Assembly (NCBI GenBank): GCA_963827235.1
Contig: CAWHAE010000014.1
Span: forward strand, 320,001 to 384,000
Direction: 5' to 3'
Length of the DNA: 64,000 nt
Origin: an uncultured bacterium
GTDB taxonomy: Bacteria > Chloroflexota > UBA5177 > JANWHV01
Shown here: in pieces, positions 11,414 through 20,753 of the stretch
How positions within the stretch are numbered: the stretch's first letter is position 1
How the letters are laid out: every line of letters starts with the position of its first letter
Notes under the pieces: model-generated
Told to the model about the DNA's origin: nothing
Database searches by the model: none
What the model saw: only the letters and a program-made list of their open reading frames with translations
Translations under genes and position numbers: made by a program

Positions 11414-12532
11414 ATGGAATACAGGGACTACTATAAAGTTCTCGGGGTGCCTAAAGATGCCCCGACCGCCGAGATCAATAAGGCCTACCGCAAGCTGGCC
11501 AGGAAGTACCATCCGGACCTCAACCCCGGCGACAAGACCGCCGAGGCGAGATTCAAGGAGATCAACGAAGCCCACGAAGTGCTCAGCGACTCCGACAAGC
11601 GGCAGAAGTATGACCAGGTCGGCACGACGTGGAAACGTCCCGGCTTCGATATTCACACCTATACGACGCGCACGGGACGTCCGAGGGCCGGCGAGCGACC
11701 GACGCGGGCGGAGCGGGCGCCGATAGCTTCAGCGACTTCTTCCAGAGTATATTCGGCCAGGCCACGCGGCAGCAGCAGCAGCGGCCGACCATGGCGCCAC
11801 CCAAGCCGCGCCGCGGCGACGACATCGAGCAGCCGGTCGAGGTATCGCTCGAGGAGGCATTCACGGGCGGACAGCGCATGTTCACTTTGACCGGCCAGGA
11901 TCGGTGTCCTCGATGCGGCGGCAGTGGCCTGGATGCCGACGCCAAGCCCTGCCCACAGTGCAAGGGCTCCGGCTGGACCACGTTCTCCCGCCGCATCGAG
12001 GTGAAGATTCCTGCCGGCGTGCGCGACGGCTCGCGCATCCGCATCGCGGGTGAGGGAAATCCCGGCGCCGGCGCCGGGCCCCGCGGCGACCTCTACCTCG
12101 TCGTGTCGCTCAAGGCACACAGCAGGTTCCGTCGCGAGGATGACAACCTGGTCGAGGACGTGGAGGTGCCGTACACGACCCTGGTGCTCGGCGGGGAAGC
12201 GGTCATCCCCACGGTCAAGGGCAAGGTGATGCTCAAGATTCCTGCAGGCACCGCGAACGGGAAGCAGTTCCGCCTGGCCGGACTGGGCATGCCGAAGCTC
12301 AAGGACGGCGGCAAAGGGCGATTTGCTGGTCAAGGTGCACGCTATGCTGCCGGGCACCAACGGTGTGCCGCTCACGGCGCGCGAGCGCGAGCTGTTCAAC
12401 GAGCTGGCCGGCATCAATCACCAGCGCGCGGCGAGCCACGTGAGAGGTGGGGGACGAGGCATCTGGGCGCCGCCGCGGAGTTCGCCGACGTGCAGGTGGG
12501 CGGAAGGGGTGCTTCTAGCGAGACATGGATAG
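11414..12532 (+). CDS. dnaJ: DnaJ/CbpA-like co-chaperone (frameshifted; 3' end approximate)
   Basis: [12 protein letters not shown]...KYHPDLN J-domain; [10 protein letters not shown]; two CxxCxGxG repeats; [20 protein letters not shown]; spread over three frames. Confidence 0.85.
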
Positions 12533-12569
12533 CCCGATGAAGTCGCTGACTTCCGAACCGGAGAGGGAC

Positions 12570-12960
12570 ATGGAAGAGCGTCCCTTGGGGCTGCGCTTTA
12601 CGATCAGGGTGGCTGCCGAGGCAGTCAACGTGCACCAGCAGACGCTGCGGCATTACGAACGACTGGGCCTGATCAGCCCTCACCGGGGCACCGGCCGCAT
12701 CCGCTACTACACACAGCGAGACATCGAGCGGCTGCGCCTGATCCGCCGTCTCATGGACGAGCTCAAGGTGAATCTCGCCGGCGTCGAGGTCATTCTCAAC
12801 CTGACAGAGCGCATCGAGCAGCTTCAAAACGACCTCACGGAGCGCCAGGAGCGCATACGAGAAGCCTACGAAGCCGAGATCGACGACTTGCGCACTCGAA
12901 TATGAGACCGAGATTGCTCGCCTCAAGGACATCATTCGACGGGTCACCACCCAGTCGTAG
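12570..12960 (+). CDS. hspR: MerR-family heat-shock repressor HspR (frameshift near 12900)
   Basis: TIRVAAEAVNVHQQTLRHYERLGLISP.R...RYY...LMDELKVNLAGVEVIL; the coiled coil continues YETEIARLKDIIRR..* in another frame. Confidence 0.85.
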
Positions 12961-12994
12961 CCTGATGCCTCCCGGGGCTCAGCCCTAGGGAGCT

Positions 12995-14013
12995 TCAAGG
13001 CGGCATGGCTCCGGCAGAAGTTGTGCCGGGCCGGCCCGCTACTCCTGCGCTGGTCGCAGTGCAAAGCTCGGCCCCCTCGGTGTCCGGATCGATTGTGCAG
13101 GTACGGGCGACCAGGCCATGGTCCGGCCACGCGTGCAAAAGCAGCCTCAATCTGTTCGAAGCGATCCGAGGCCAGGGCAATAACGGATGAGCCTGCCCCA
13201 CTCAGCGAGGCCCCGTGCGCGCCGGCCTCGACCGCGGCGTCGATCGCCGGCATGAGGTAGCGAAACCCCTCGCCGCGATAGGGCTGGTGCAGGCGATCGG
13301 CCATGGCGACGCGGAGCAGATCACGCCTGTCATGCGCCATGGCGTAGACCATCAGCCCGACGCGTCCGGCGTTGAACACCGCGTCGCCGCGGGACGTACA
13401 TGCTGGCAGGGCGGCCCGTGACTCGGCCGTGCTGGAGGCGGCATCCGGGAATGAGCAGGATGGCGCGCAGTCCCGCAGGCGGCGCCACGCGCTGCACCAC
13501 CGTCTTCCCGCCATCCAGACGCCCAGGGTGAAGCCTCCCCAGAGGGCAGCCACGATGTTGTCCGGGTGACCCTCCATCTCCAGCCCAACCGGCAGCAGCG
13601 CCTCCGGATCGTGCTCGAGCGCCAAGCAACAACGCCGCCGCCATGGTACCGCCCGCGATGGCTGCCGCGCTGCTGCCAAGGCCGCGCCCGAGAGGAATCT
13701 CGTTGTGCATGGTCAGCCGCACTGGAGGCAGTTCACGCTGCCGGTCGAGGCAAATCGTTCCATGGCATCGATCACCAGGTTTGTGTCGCGCGTGCCGAGC
13801 GACTGGGCTCCCTCGCCGCTGATCGATAACCAAGCTGGTGGACCCTGCCGGCAGCACCTCCACGCTGATCTCGTTGTATAGACTGAGCGACAAAGCCAGG
13901 CAGTCGAAACCCGGCCCGAGATTGGCCGAAGTAGCTGGCACACGCACGCTAACCACGGTGCCCGGGCCGATAACACTCTTCAAGAACGTCTCACGTGCCG
14001 GCAATATGCTCAC
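12995..14013 (-). CDS. thrB: Homoserine kinase (several frameshifts)
   Basis: VRVPATSANLGPGFDCL, IPLGRGLGSSAAAI, EGHPDNIVAALWGG, DRLHQPYR, SLSGAGSS in alternating frames. Confidence 0.9.
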
Positions 14014-14083
14014 TCAACGCGCCCTGGCAGGCCGGCGCATCGGACGGTCCGGACCCGAATGGGGACCGCCCCACCAATATAAC

Positions 14084-14561
14084 CTAGGACTCCATCTGGA
14101 TGTTCGTCAGGTAGCCGCGCACGGTCTCGCGATCGGCAGCCGACCGCAGGGCAATGAAGATCGTGTCGTCCCCTGCCACCGTGCCGACGACCTCCGGAAA
14201 GGCGCAGGTGTCCAGCGTGGCGCACAGCATGTTGGCCATTCCCGGTGCCGTTCGCACGACGAGAAGCTGCGAGCTGTCACCGAAGGCGAGCGGGACGTCG
14301 CCGAGAAGATGCGCGAGCCTGCGCCGTGCCGCCATGCTGTCGGTCGGCGACACGGCTTCGGGCAGTGTGTACACCACCCGCCCATCCACCGCAGCGCGCA
14401 CCAGCCCAAGCTCTACCATGTCACGCGAGACGGTCGCCTGGGTCACAAAGATCTCTTGCTCTGGCCAGCGCGTCGACCAGGTCATCCTGGGTGTGCATCT
14501 CGCCTTCGGCCACGATCTTGCGTATGAGCCTGTGGCGCACCTGCTTCGAGTCACTCTTCAT
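14084..14561 (-). CDS. argR: Arginine repressor (frameshift near 14460)
   Basis: MKSDSKQVRHRLIRKIV...TQDDLV then VTQATVSRDMVELG...GTVAGDDTIF. Confidence 0.92.
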
Positions 14562-15742
14562 AGCGCACCAACGATGCGATCCAATCACGTCAAGCGCCTC
14601 TTCAACCTGGCCCTCGTCCAGGATGAGAGGCGGCACCATTCTGATCGTACACGGGCCCGTGCTGTTGACAAGGACACCATGCTCGCGCGCGCGGTCCACG
14701 AGCTCCGCCGCCTTCGGCTCCGTCAGGTCGAGCGCCAGCATGAGGCCGCGCCCTCTGACCGCGCTGATCGCGTCGTGCTTCACACGAAGCGACTCGAGCC
14801 CGCGCAGAAATACGTCGCCGATGCGAGCCGCGTTCTCCATCAGTCGATCTTCGACGATGACGTCGAGCGTCGCCACGCCGGCGGCGCACACCAGAGGGTT
14901 GCCTCCTTGCGTCGACCCGTGGTCTCCGGGCTCGAAACACGAGACGTCGCGGCGAGCCAGCACGGCCCCCGCGGGAAGTCCGCCGCACATACCCTTGGCG
15001 AGCGTCACGACGTCGGGCACCACGCCGTAGCCCTGCGCGGCGAGGAAGGTGCCAGTGCGGCCGATGCCGCTCTGGATCTCGTCGAGAATGAGAAGGAGGC
15101 CCTTGCGGTCGCACCACTGTCGCACCGCCTGCAGGTAACCGGCCGAAGCAGGATGGATGCCGCTCTCGCCCTGCACCGGCTCTAGCATGATGGCCACCGT
15201 CTCGCCTGTCGTGGCGGCCCGCAGCGCGTCGAGGTCGTTGTACGGCACGTGGGCGAATCCCGGTGGTAGCGGCGCGAAGGGCCGCTGGTACTTCTCCTGC
15301 CCGGTCGCGGCGAGCGTAGCCAGCGTGCGGCCGTGGAAGCTGTGGGAGGCAGTGATGATGCCGAACGCGCCGTCTCGCCGCGTCCTTCCGAACTTGCGAG
15401 CGAGCTTGATCGCGCCTTCGTTCGCCTCGGCACCGCTGTTGCCGAAGAACACCTGGTCCATGCCCGTCAAACGCGACGAGCCTCTCGGCCAGCTCGATCT
15501 GCGGTACCGAATAGTACAGGTTGGACACCTGGATGAGCGTGCTCGCCTGCTCGGCGATCGCCGATGCCAGCCGGCCGTGGCTGTGCCCGAGCACGTCCAC
15601 GGCAATCCCGGCCACCAGATCGAGGTATCTGCGGCCCGCATCGTCCCACACATAGCATCCCTGGCCCCGCACCAGCACAACGGGCTGGCGCCGGAACGTC
15701 GGCATGTAGACGCAGCTTTTCGCGTTCGGCTATGGTCGCCAC
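14562..15742 (-). CDS. argD: Acetylornithine aminotransferase (frameshifted)
   Basis: YLDLVAGIAVDVLGH, NSGAEANEGAIKLAR, SFHGRT, EPVQGESG, DEIQSGIGRTG, TLAKG. Confidence 0.92.
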
Positions 15743-15757
15743 GGCATCTCCTTCGTC

Positions 15758-16567
15758 CTACTGGGCGCCCGAGTCGAGCGCGGTAACAAGCGTACCGAGT
15801 GGTTGGTTGCCATCGAGCAGCGGTAGAAGCGCTCCGGGGTCGCGCCCGTCGCAGATACATGCCGCTTGCGCTCCGCTGGCCAGAGCCGCGAGACAGGCCT
15901 TGACCTTGGGCAGCATGCCGCCGTGTACGGTGCCGTCGTCGATCAGAGCACCGAGGCGGGCGCGCGAAAGGCGGGATAGCACGGCGCCCGATCCATCTCT
16001 CACGCCGGGCACATCGGTCAGGAACACGGTAAAGTCGGCCTGCAGCGCTCCGGCCAAGGCGCCGCAGACACTATCGGCATTGATGTTTCGCAGCGTTCCC
16101 GCTGGAGTCCGCGGCAATCGGTGCCACTCACCGGCACGAGACCGCGCTGCATGAGCACGTGCAGCAAGCTCGGGTCGACCTCACCAGCCTCTCCCACCAG
16201 CCCGAGATCGGGGTCTGGGTGCGGCCGCGCCGTGATCATGCCCCCGTCCACGCCGCTCAGTCCCACCGACGGTACGCCGTGCCGGCCCAACGCGGCTACC
16301 AAGCCGGCATTGACCTTGCCGCGCAGCACCATGGTGGCGATCTCCATGGAAGCCGGGTCGGTCACGCGCAAGCCGCTCCTTGAAGCGGACGGGGAGCGAC
16401 AGCCTGTTCATCCAGGCAGAGATCTCCTGTCCGCCGCCATGCACGATGGTGACGCCGAATCCGGCCTGCAGCAGATCGGGCAGCCCGAGCAGCGCTCCCT
16501 CCAGATCGGCGACGGCGCCGCCGACCTTGAGCACCACGTTTCTGTTCGCGGCAGGTGCGCCGCTCAC
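15758..16567 (-). CDS. argB: Acetylglutamate kinase (frameshifted)
   Basis: VVLKVGG, IVHGGGQEIS, RVTD, NINAD, FLTDVPGV, GGMLPKV across three ORFs. Confidence 0.9.
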
Positions 16568-17769
16568 GTAGTGTACTCGGCGTTGATATGCACGTACTCG
16601 TAGCTCATGTCGCAACCCCATGCCGTGGCGGAGCCATCGCCCAGGCCGAGCTTCAGGTGGAAGACCACGGACGGCTGCTTGAGCAGAGCCGCCGCCTGTT
16701 CACGGGCATACGGCAGCCCGGCGCCTTTGTCGAAAAGGCAGATGTCATTCAGGAAGAGGGTCGCCAGGTTGGGCTCGAATGCGCATTCCGCGTAGCCGGC
16801 CGCACAGATGACGCGCCCCCAGTTTGGGTCTCCGCCGAAGACTGCGGTCTTCACCAGGCTCGACTTGGAGATAGCGCGCGCGATGTTGCGCGCATCGGCG
16901 TCGCTGCTCGCGCCAGACACCTGAACCTCGATCAGTGTGCGAGCACCCTCTCCATCTGACGCCAGCTGCTTCGCCAGGTCGACGCACAGGTCGGTGAGCG
17001 CGCTGGAGAACTGGGTGGCGGCCGGGTGCGAGCCGTGCAGAGGCGAACCCCCGGAGGCGCCGTTCGCCAGCACCACGACGGCATCGTTGGTCGACGTGTC
17101 GCCGTCCACGCTGATCATGTTGAAGGAGCGATCGACCGCGGCGCTGAGTGCTGTGCGTAGGAACTCGGGCTCTACCCGTGCATCCGTGGTGAGAAACCCT
17201 AGCAGGGTCGCCATGTTCGGATGAATCATGCCCGAGCCCTTGGCGGCCCCACCGATCCGGATTGGCATTCCGTCTACCTCGAGGCCGACGGAGCAGCTCT
17301 TCAGGCGTGTGTCCGTGGTCATGATCGCACGCGCGAACTCGCGCCCGCCGTCGTGCGTGGCATTCAGTCGCTCGACGCCGGCCTCCACCCGGTCCATAGG
17401 CATCGGCACGCCGATCACACCCGTAGACAGCACCAGTACTTCATCCTCCGGAACGCCGAACCTTTCCGCTGTTCGGGCAGCCATCGCTCGCGCGTCCTGC
17501 AGTCCGGCCGCGCCGGTGCACGCGTTGGCATTGCCGCTGTTCGCCACGATCGCCGACGCACGGTGCGACTGTATTCGCTCTCGGCAGAGCACGATTGGCG
17601 CCGCCGCGGCCCTATTCTGTGTGAAGACCGCCGCCGCTGCCGCCGGCTGGTCGGAGACGATCACGCCCAGATCCGCCTTGGCGCTCCCATCCTTGATTCC
17701 ACAGGCCACCGCACCGGCGCGGTAACCCTGGGGCTCCGTCACTCCCTGATCGTCGTGCCGAACCTGCAC
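16564..17769 (-). CDS. argJ: Bifunctional ornithine acetyltransferase/N-acetylglutamate synthase
   Basis: NSGNANACTG, STGVIG, IMTTDT, KGSGMIHPNMAT, DTSTND, DGEGA, DPNWGR, INAEYTT. Confidence 0.97.
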   Translation of the reverse strand: MQVRHDDQGVTEPQGYRAGAVACGIKDGSAKADLGVIVSDQPAAAAAVFTQNRAAAAPIVLCRERIQSHRASAIVANSGNANACTGAAGLQDARAMAARTAERFGVPEDEVLVLSTGVIGVPMPMDRVEAGVERLNATHDGGREFARAIMTTDTRLKSCSVGLEVDGMPIRIGGAAKGSGMIHPNMATLLGFLTTDARVEPEFLRTALSAAVDRSFNMISVDGDTSTNDAVVVLANGASGGSPLHGSHPAATQFSSALTDLCVDLAKQLASDGEGARTLIEVQVSGASSDADARNIARAISKSSLVKTAVFGGDPNWGRVICAAGYAECAFEPNLATLFLNDICLFDKGAGLPYAREQAAALLKQPSVVFHLKLGLGDGSATAWGCDMSYEYVHINAEYTT

Positions 17770-17896
17770 TGCACCATCTCAATCTTCTCTCGACCTTGTG
17801 GGCCGGAATCTGAGCAGGCACTCTTCTACCGCGGGGCACGCCATGCTTGTGCCAACAATCGCCTTGCCGCCCGAGGAGCGCCGGCCCGCCGGCCAC

Positions 17897-17933
17897 CAGA
17901 ATCATTATACACATCAGTGCATCGCTATGCGCT
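17897..17933 (-). promoter_or_regulatory. Tandem ARG boxes overlapping the -10 of the arg operon promoter
   Basis: Minus strand cGCATagcgATGCAc and tGTATaatgATTCt (TGCAT/TGAAT-N4-ATGCA/ATTCA type); the second box contains TATAAT; argR is in the operon. Confidence 0.75.
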
Positions 17934-17945
17934 TCCCGAGACCGG

Positions 17946-18106
17946 GCCACGGCGCTCGCTCCTCCCCGTGGAGACCGGCCGCCTGAAGGCGTACACGGGC
18001 TCCACTCGGGCCCGGTGGTGCCGGCGGAGAGTAAAGGCGCGGCACGACACGGGACTGCGCCTGGCTGCGAGCGTCTCGCTAGTCTCCTGGGAGTGACGGG
18101 CGTGGC
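17946..18106. other. Extensively self-complementary intergenic element (candidate ncRNA)
   Basis: Nested arms GCCACG/CGTGGC, CTCCC/GGGAG, GGAGAC/GTCTCC, AGGCGTA/TGCGCCT, GTGCCG/CGGCAC; family not recognised. Confidence 0.4.
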
Positions 18107-18369
18107 GGGCAAGATGCCCGCGGCCCATGAAGAAGGCTCGCCGCTGTACTGCAGCGGCTTTCCAGACTACCGACGGGCGGGGCGGAAACCAGCCCCCGGT
18201 CCAGGCTGGAGGCAGATCACGCGCTCACCATTATTCCGCGGCGGCATCCTGATACCGGCGCACTCGTGTACCGCTCAACACGACCGGCTGTGCTTTCTGC
18301 CAATCCGGACGATTTCGGGCAGAATGACCGCGGTGCCGGGATCTGTGCCGGGTCGCTACCGTGCCGGCG

Positions 18370-20622
18370 TCAGCGGGAGTTCCCGTCTCGGTACACTTCC
18401 TGGACGTTCCGCACGCGCTCCAGCCGGGTGAACACACGGCTGAGCTGTGCGATGTCCATGACCTTTACCGTAAGGTGGATCATCGCGTAGCCGGTAGAAT
18501 GCGCATCCACTTTCGCCCCCGTGATCGCCACGTGTTCCTCGGTGACCGCCGCGCTGACGTCCCTTAGGAGGCCGTCCCGATCCCAAGCGCGGACCACGAT
18601 TCCGACCTTGTAGAGCGCCTTCTCCACTCGGTGGCCCCACTCTACCGGCACCAGCCGAGCCACGTCCTTCTCGTTGATTACGTGCCCGCAGCTGGTCCTG
18701 TGTATCGTGACGCCGCTGTTCCGGGTTACGTAGCCGGTTATGGCATCGCCAAGCGCCGGCTGGCAGCAGCCGGCGAGCCGCGTCATCAGGTCGCCCACGC
18801 CCATGACGGTCACGCCCACAGAGGGCAGTGCCTCGACCCGCTCGGCGCCGGGCACAGGCAGCATCGGATGCACTTCCTCGCGCGGCTGGAGGCGCATGAC
18901 CACGCCCTGCGGACTCACCGCACCGTAGCCCACCGCGGCAAAGAGATCCTCGGCTGTGCGGAAGTCGAGCGAGGAAGCCACCGTGGCGAGCATATCTGTC
19001 GTGATCGCGCTCAGAGCGCGCTGCTGCAGCCTGCCGAGCTCGCGCTCGACCAGCTCTCGCCCGCGGCTCACGTTCTTGTCACGGTCCTGGCGGCGAAGCC
19101 ATTGCCGTATCTTCTCTCGCGCGCTCGCCGATGCCACGAAGTCCAGCCAGTCGCGGCTCGGCCCGTGGGCCGTCTTGGTGGTCAGAATCTCGACCCGATC
19201 ACCATTCTGCAGCCGGTGATCCAGAGGCACCATAATGCCGTTGACCTTGGCGCCGATCGTCCGGTGGCCGAGCTCCGTATGCACGCGGTATGCAAAGTCG
19301 ACGGGCGTCGACTTTGCCGGCAGGTCGATGATGTCGCCCTTGGGACTCGACACGAATACCTGATCCTGAAAGACGTCGATCTTGACGGTATCCACGAAAT
19401 CCGTGGCGTTCTGGCTGAGCTCGTCCTGCCAGCTCTTCAGCATGGAGATCCAGCTAGTAAGTGCGGTCGGCAGCGATGCGGAGAGGCCCTGCTCCTTGTA
19501 GTACCAGTGCGTGGCCACGCCGTATTCTGCTTCACGGTGCATGTCATGCGTACGGATCTGTACTTCGGTCGGCCGGCCCTCCTCACAGATCACCGTGGTG
19601 TGCAGCGACTTATAGCCATTGGGCTTGGGCGTCGCTATGTAATCCTTGAAGCGAGACGGCAAAGGCGGCCAGTGCGCGTGGACGATGCCGAGCACTTCGT
19701 AGCACTCGTTCTTGGTCTCCACCAGCACCCGCAGGGCGAACAGATCGTAGATGTGGGACAGATCAAACTCACCCGCGCGAAGAAGCTTCTTGTAGATGCT
19801 GTAGAGGTGCTTCACCCGTCCCTTCACTTCCGCCTTGATGCGGTGTTCGTTCAGGGTTTGGCGTAGAAGCGCCGTCACGCGCTCGATGTATTCCTCTCTC
19901 TGCGCGCCTCGCGTCGCGAGCTCGGCCACGAGCTGATTGTACTGCTCTGGCTCCAGGTAGCGGAAGGCGATGTCCTCCAGCTCCCACTTAATCTGCGCCA
20001 TGCCGAGGCGGCCCGCGAGAGGGGCATAGATCTCGCGGGTCTCGGTGGCGATACGCTGCTGTTTCGCGGGTGGAAGCGCGTCGAGCGTCCACATGTTGTG
20101 AAGCCGGTCGGCCAGCTTCACCAGCACCACGCGCGGATCTTCGGCCATGGCCATGAACATCTTCTTGATGTTTTCGGCCTGCTGCTTCGCGGCACGCTCG
20201 CGGTTCTTGCGCTGCTCGTCATTGGCGTTGAGTTGCTGATCGGTCCAGTTGCGCTGGCGCCGGCCCAACTCTTCGAACTTCGTCACCCCGTCGACAATGT
20301 GAGCCACCGCGGGTCCGAAGCGCTCCCGGATCTCCGGCAGGGAGACCACCGTGTCCTCCACCACATCGTGCAGCAGAGCAGCCACAATGGTCGTCGCGTC
20401 CAGGTGCATGCTGGCCACGATCATGGCGGCCGCCAGCGGATGCATGACGTACGGCTCGCCCGATTTGCGGATCGCGCCGGAGTGCGCGTCCGCCGCGAGC
20501 TCATACGCCCTGGCTATGACGTCGAGCGACTGCCCAGGCAAATACGTGCCGGCCACGGCAAGAAGATCGTCAATGCCGGAGGCAAGCTGTGTATTGACTG
20601 TTGAAGGAGACGGAAGCGCCAC
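18370..20622 (-). CDS. relA: Bifunctional (p)ppGpp synthetase/hydrolase Rel
   Basis: HD motif LLHDVVED, KLADRLHNM, RFKDYIA.PK.NGYKSLHT, EVQIRT; TGS and ACT domains. Confidence 0.97.
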   Translation of the reverse strand: MALPSPSTVNTQLASGIDDLLAVAGTYLPGQSLDVIARAYELAADAHSGAIRKSGEPYVMHPLAAAMIVASMHLDATTIVAALLHDVVEDTVVSLPEIRERFGPAVAHIVDGVTKFEELGRRQRNWTDQQLNANDEQRKNRERAAKQQAENIKKMFMAMAEDPRVVLVKLADRLHNMWTLDALPPAKQQRIATETREIYAPLAGRLGMAQIKWELEDIAFRYLEPEQYNQLVAELATRGAQREEYIERVTALLRQTLNEHRIKAEVKGRVKHLYSIYKKLLRAGEFDLSHIYDLFALRVLVETKNECYEVLGIVHAHWPPLPSRFKDYIATPKPNGYKSLHTTVICEEGRPTEVQIRTHDMHREAEYGVATHWYYKEQGLSASLPTALTSWISMLKSWQDELSQNATDFVDTVKIDVFQDQVFVSSPKGDIIDLPAKSTPVDFAYRVHTELGHRTIGAKVNGIMVPLDHRLQNGDRVEILTTKTAHGPSRDWLDFVASASAREKIRQWLRRQDRDKNVSRGRELVERELGRLQQRALSAITTDMLATVASSLDFRTAEDLFAAVGYGAVSPQGVVMRLQPREEVHPMLPVPGAERVEALPSVGVTVMGVGDLMTRLAGCCQPALGDAITGYVTRNSGVTIHRTSCGHVINEKDVARLVPVEWGHRVEKALYKVGIVVRAWDRDGLLRDVSAAVTEEHVAITGAKVDAHSTGYAMIHLTVKVMDIAQLSRVFTRLERVRNVQEVYRDGNSR

Positions 20623-20753
20623 GGAAAACCCTCTAGAACGACCGCTTTACCAGAGTATACCCGGTAACAGCCACATTTTCATTGCCACTGTCGCGGCGGC
20701 GCCGCAGGATCCCCATGTGCAGGCTCTAGCTGGCCCCGACGTTCACATGCACG

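Noticed and set aside
9572-11890. 772-aa DnaK-J-domain fusion ORF
   Set aside because: Homology to DnaK breaks near 11110 and continues in other frames to a stop at 11346; dnaJ has its own ATG at 11414. The fusion is an indel artefact.
14421-15860. ArgD-ArgR fusion ORF
   Set aside because: It results from frameshifts at the argD end and within argR; both are ordinary separate genes.
17966-18010. Glycine, THF or cobalamin riboswitch match for the structured element
   Set aside because: Only short words match (GGAGA, GAAGG, AGAGTA). The conserved cores are missing and there is no suitable downstream gene.
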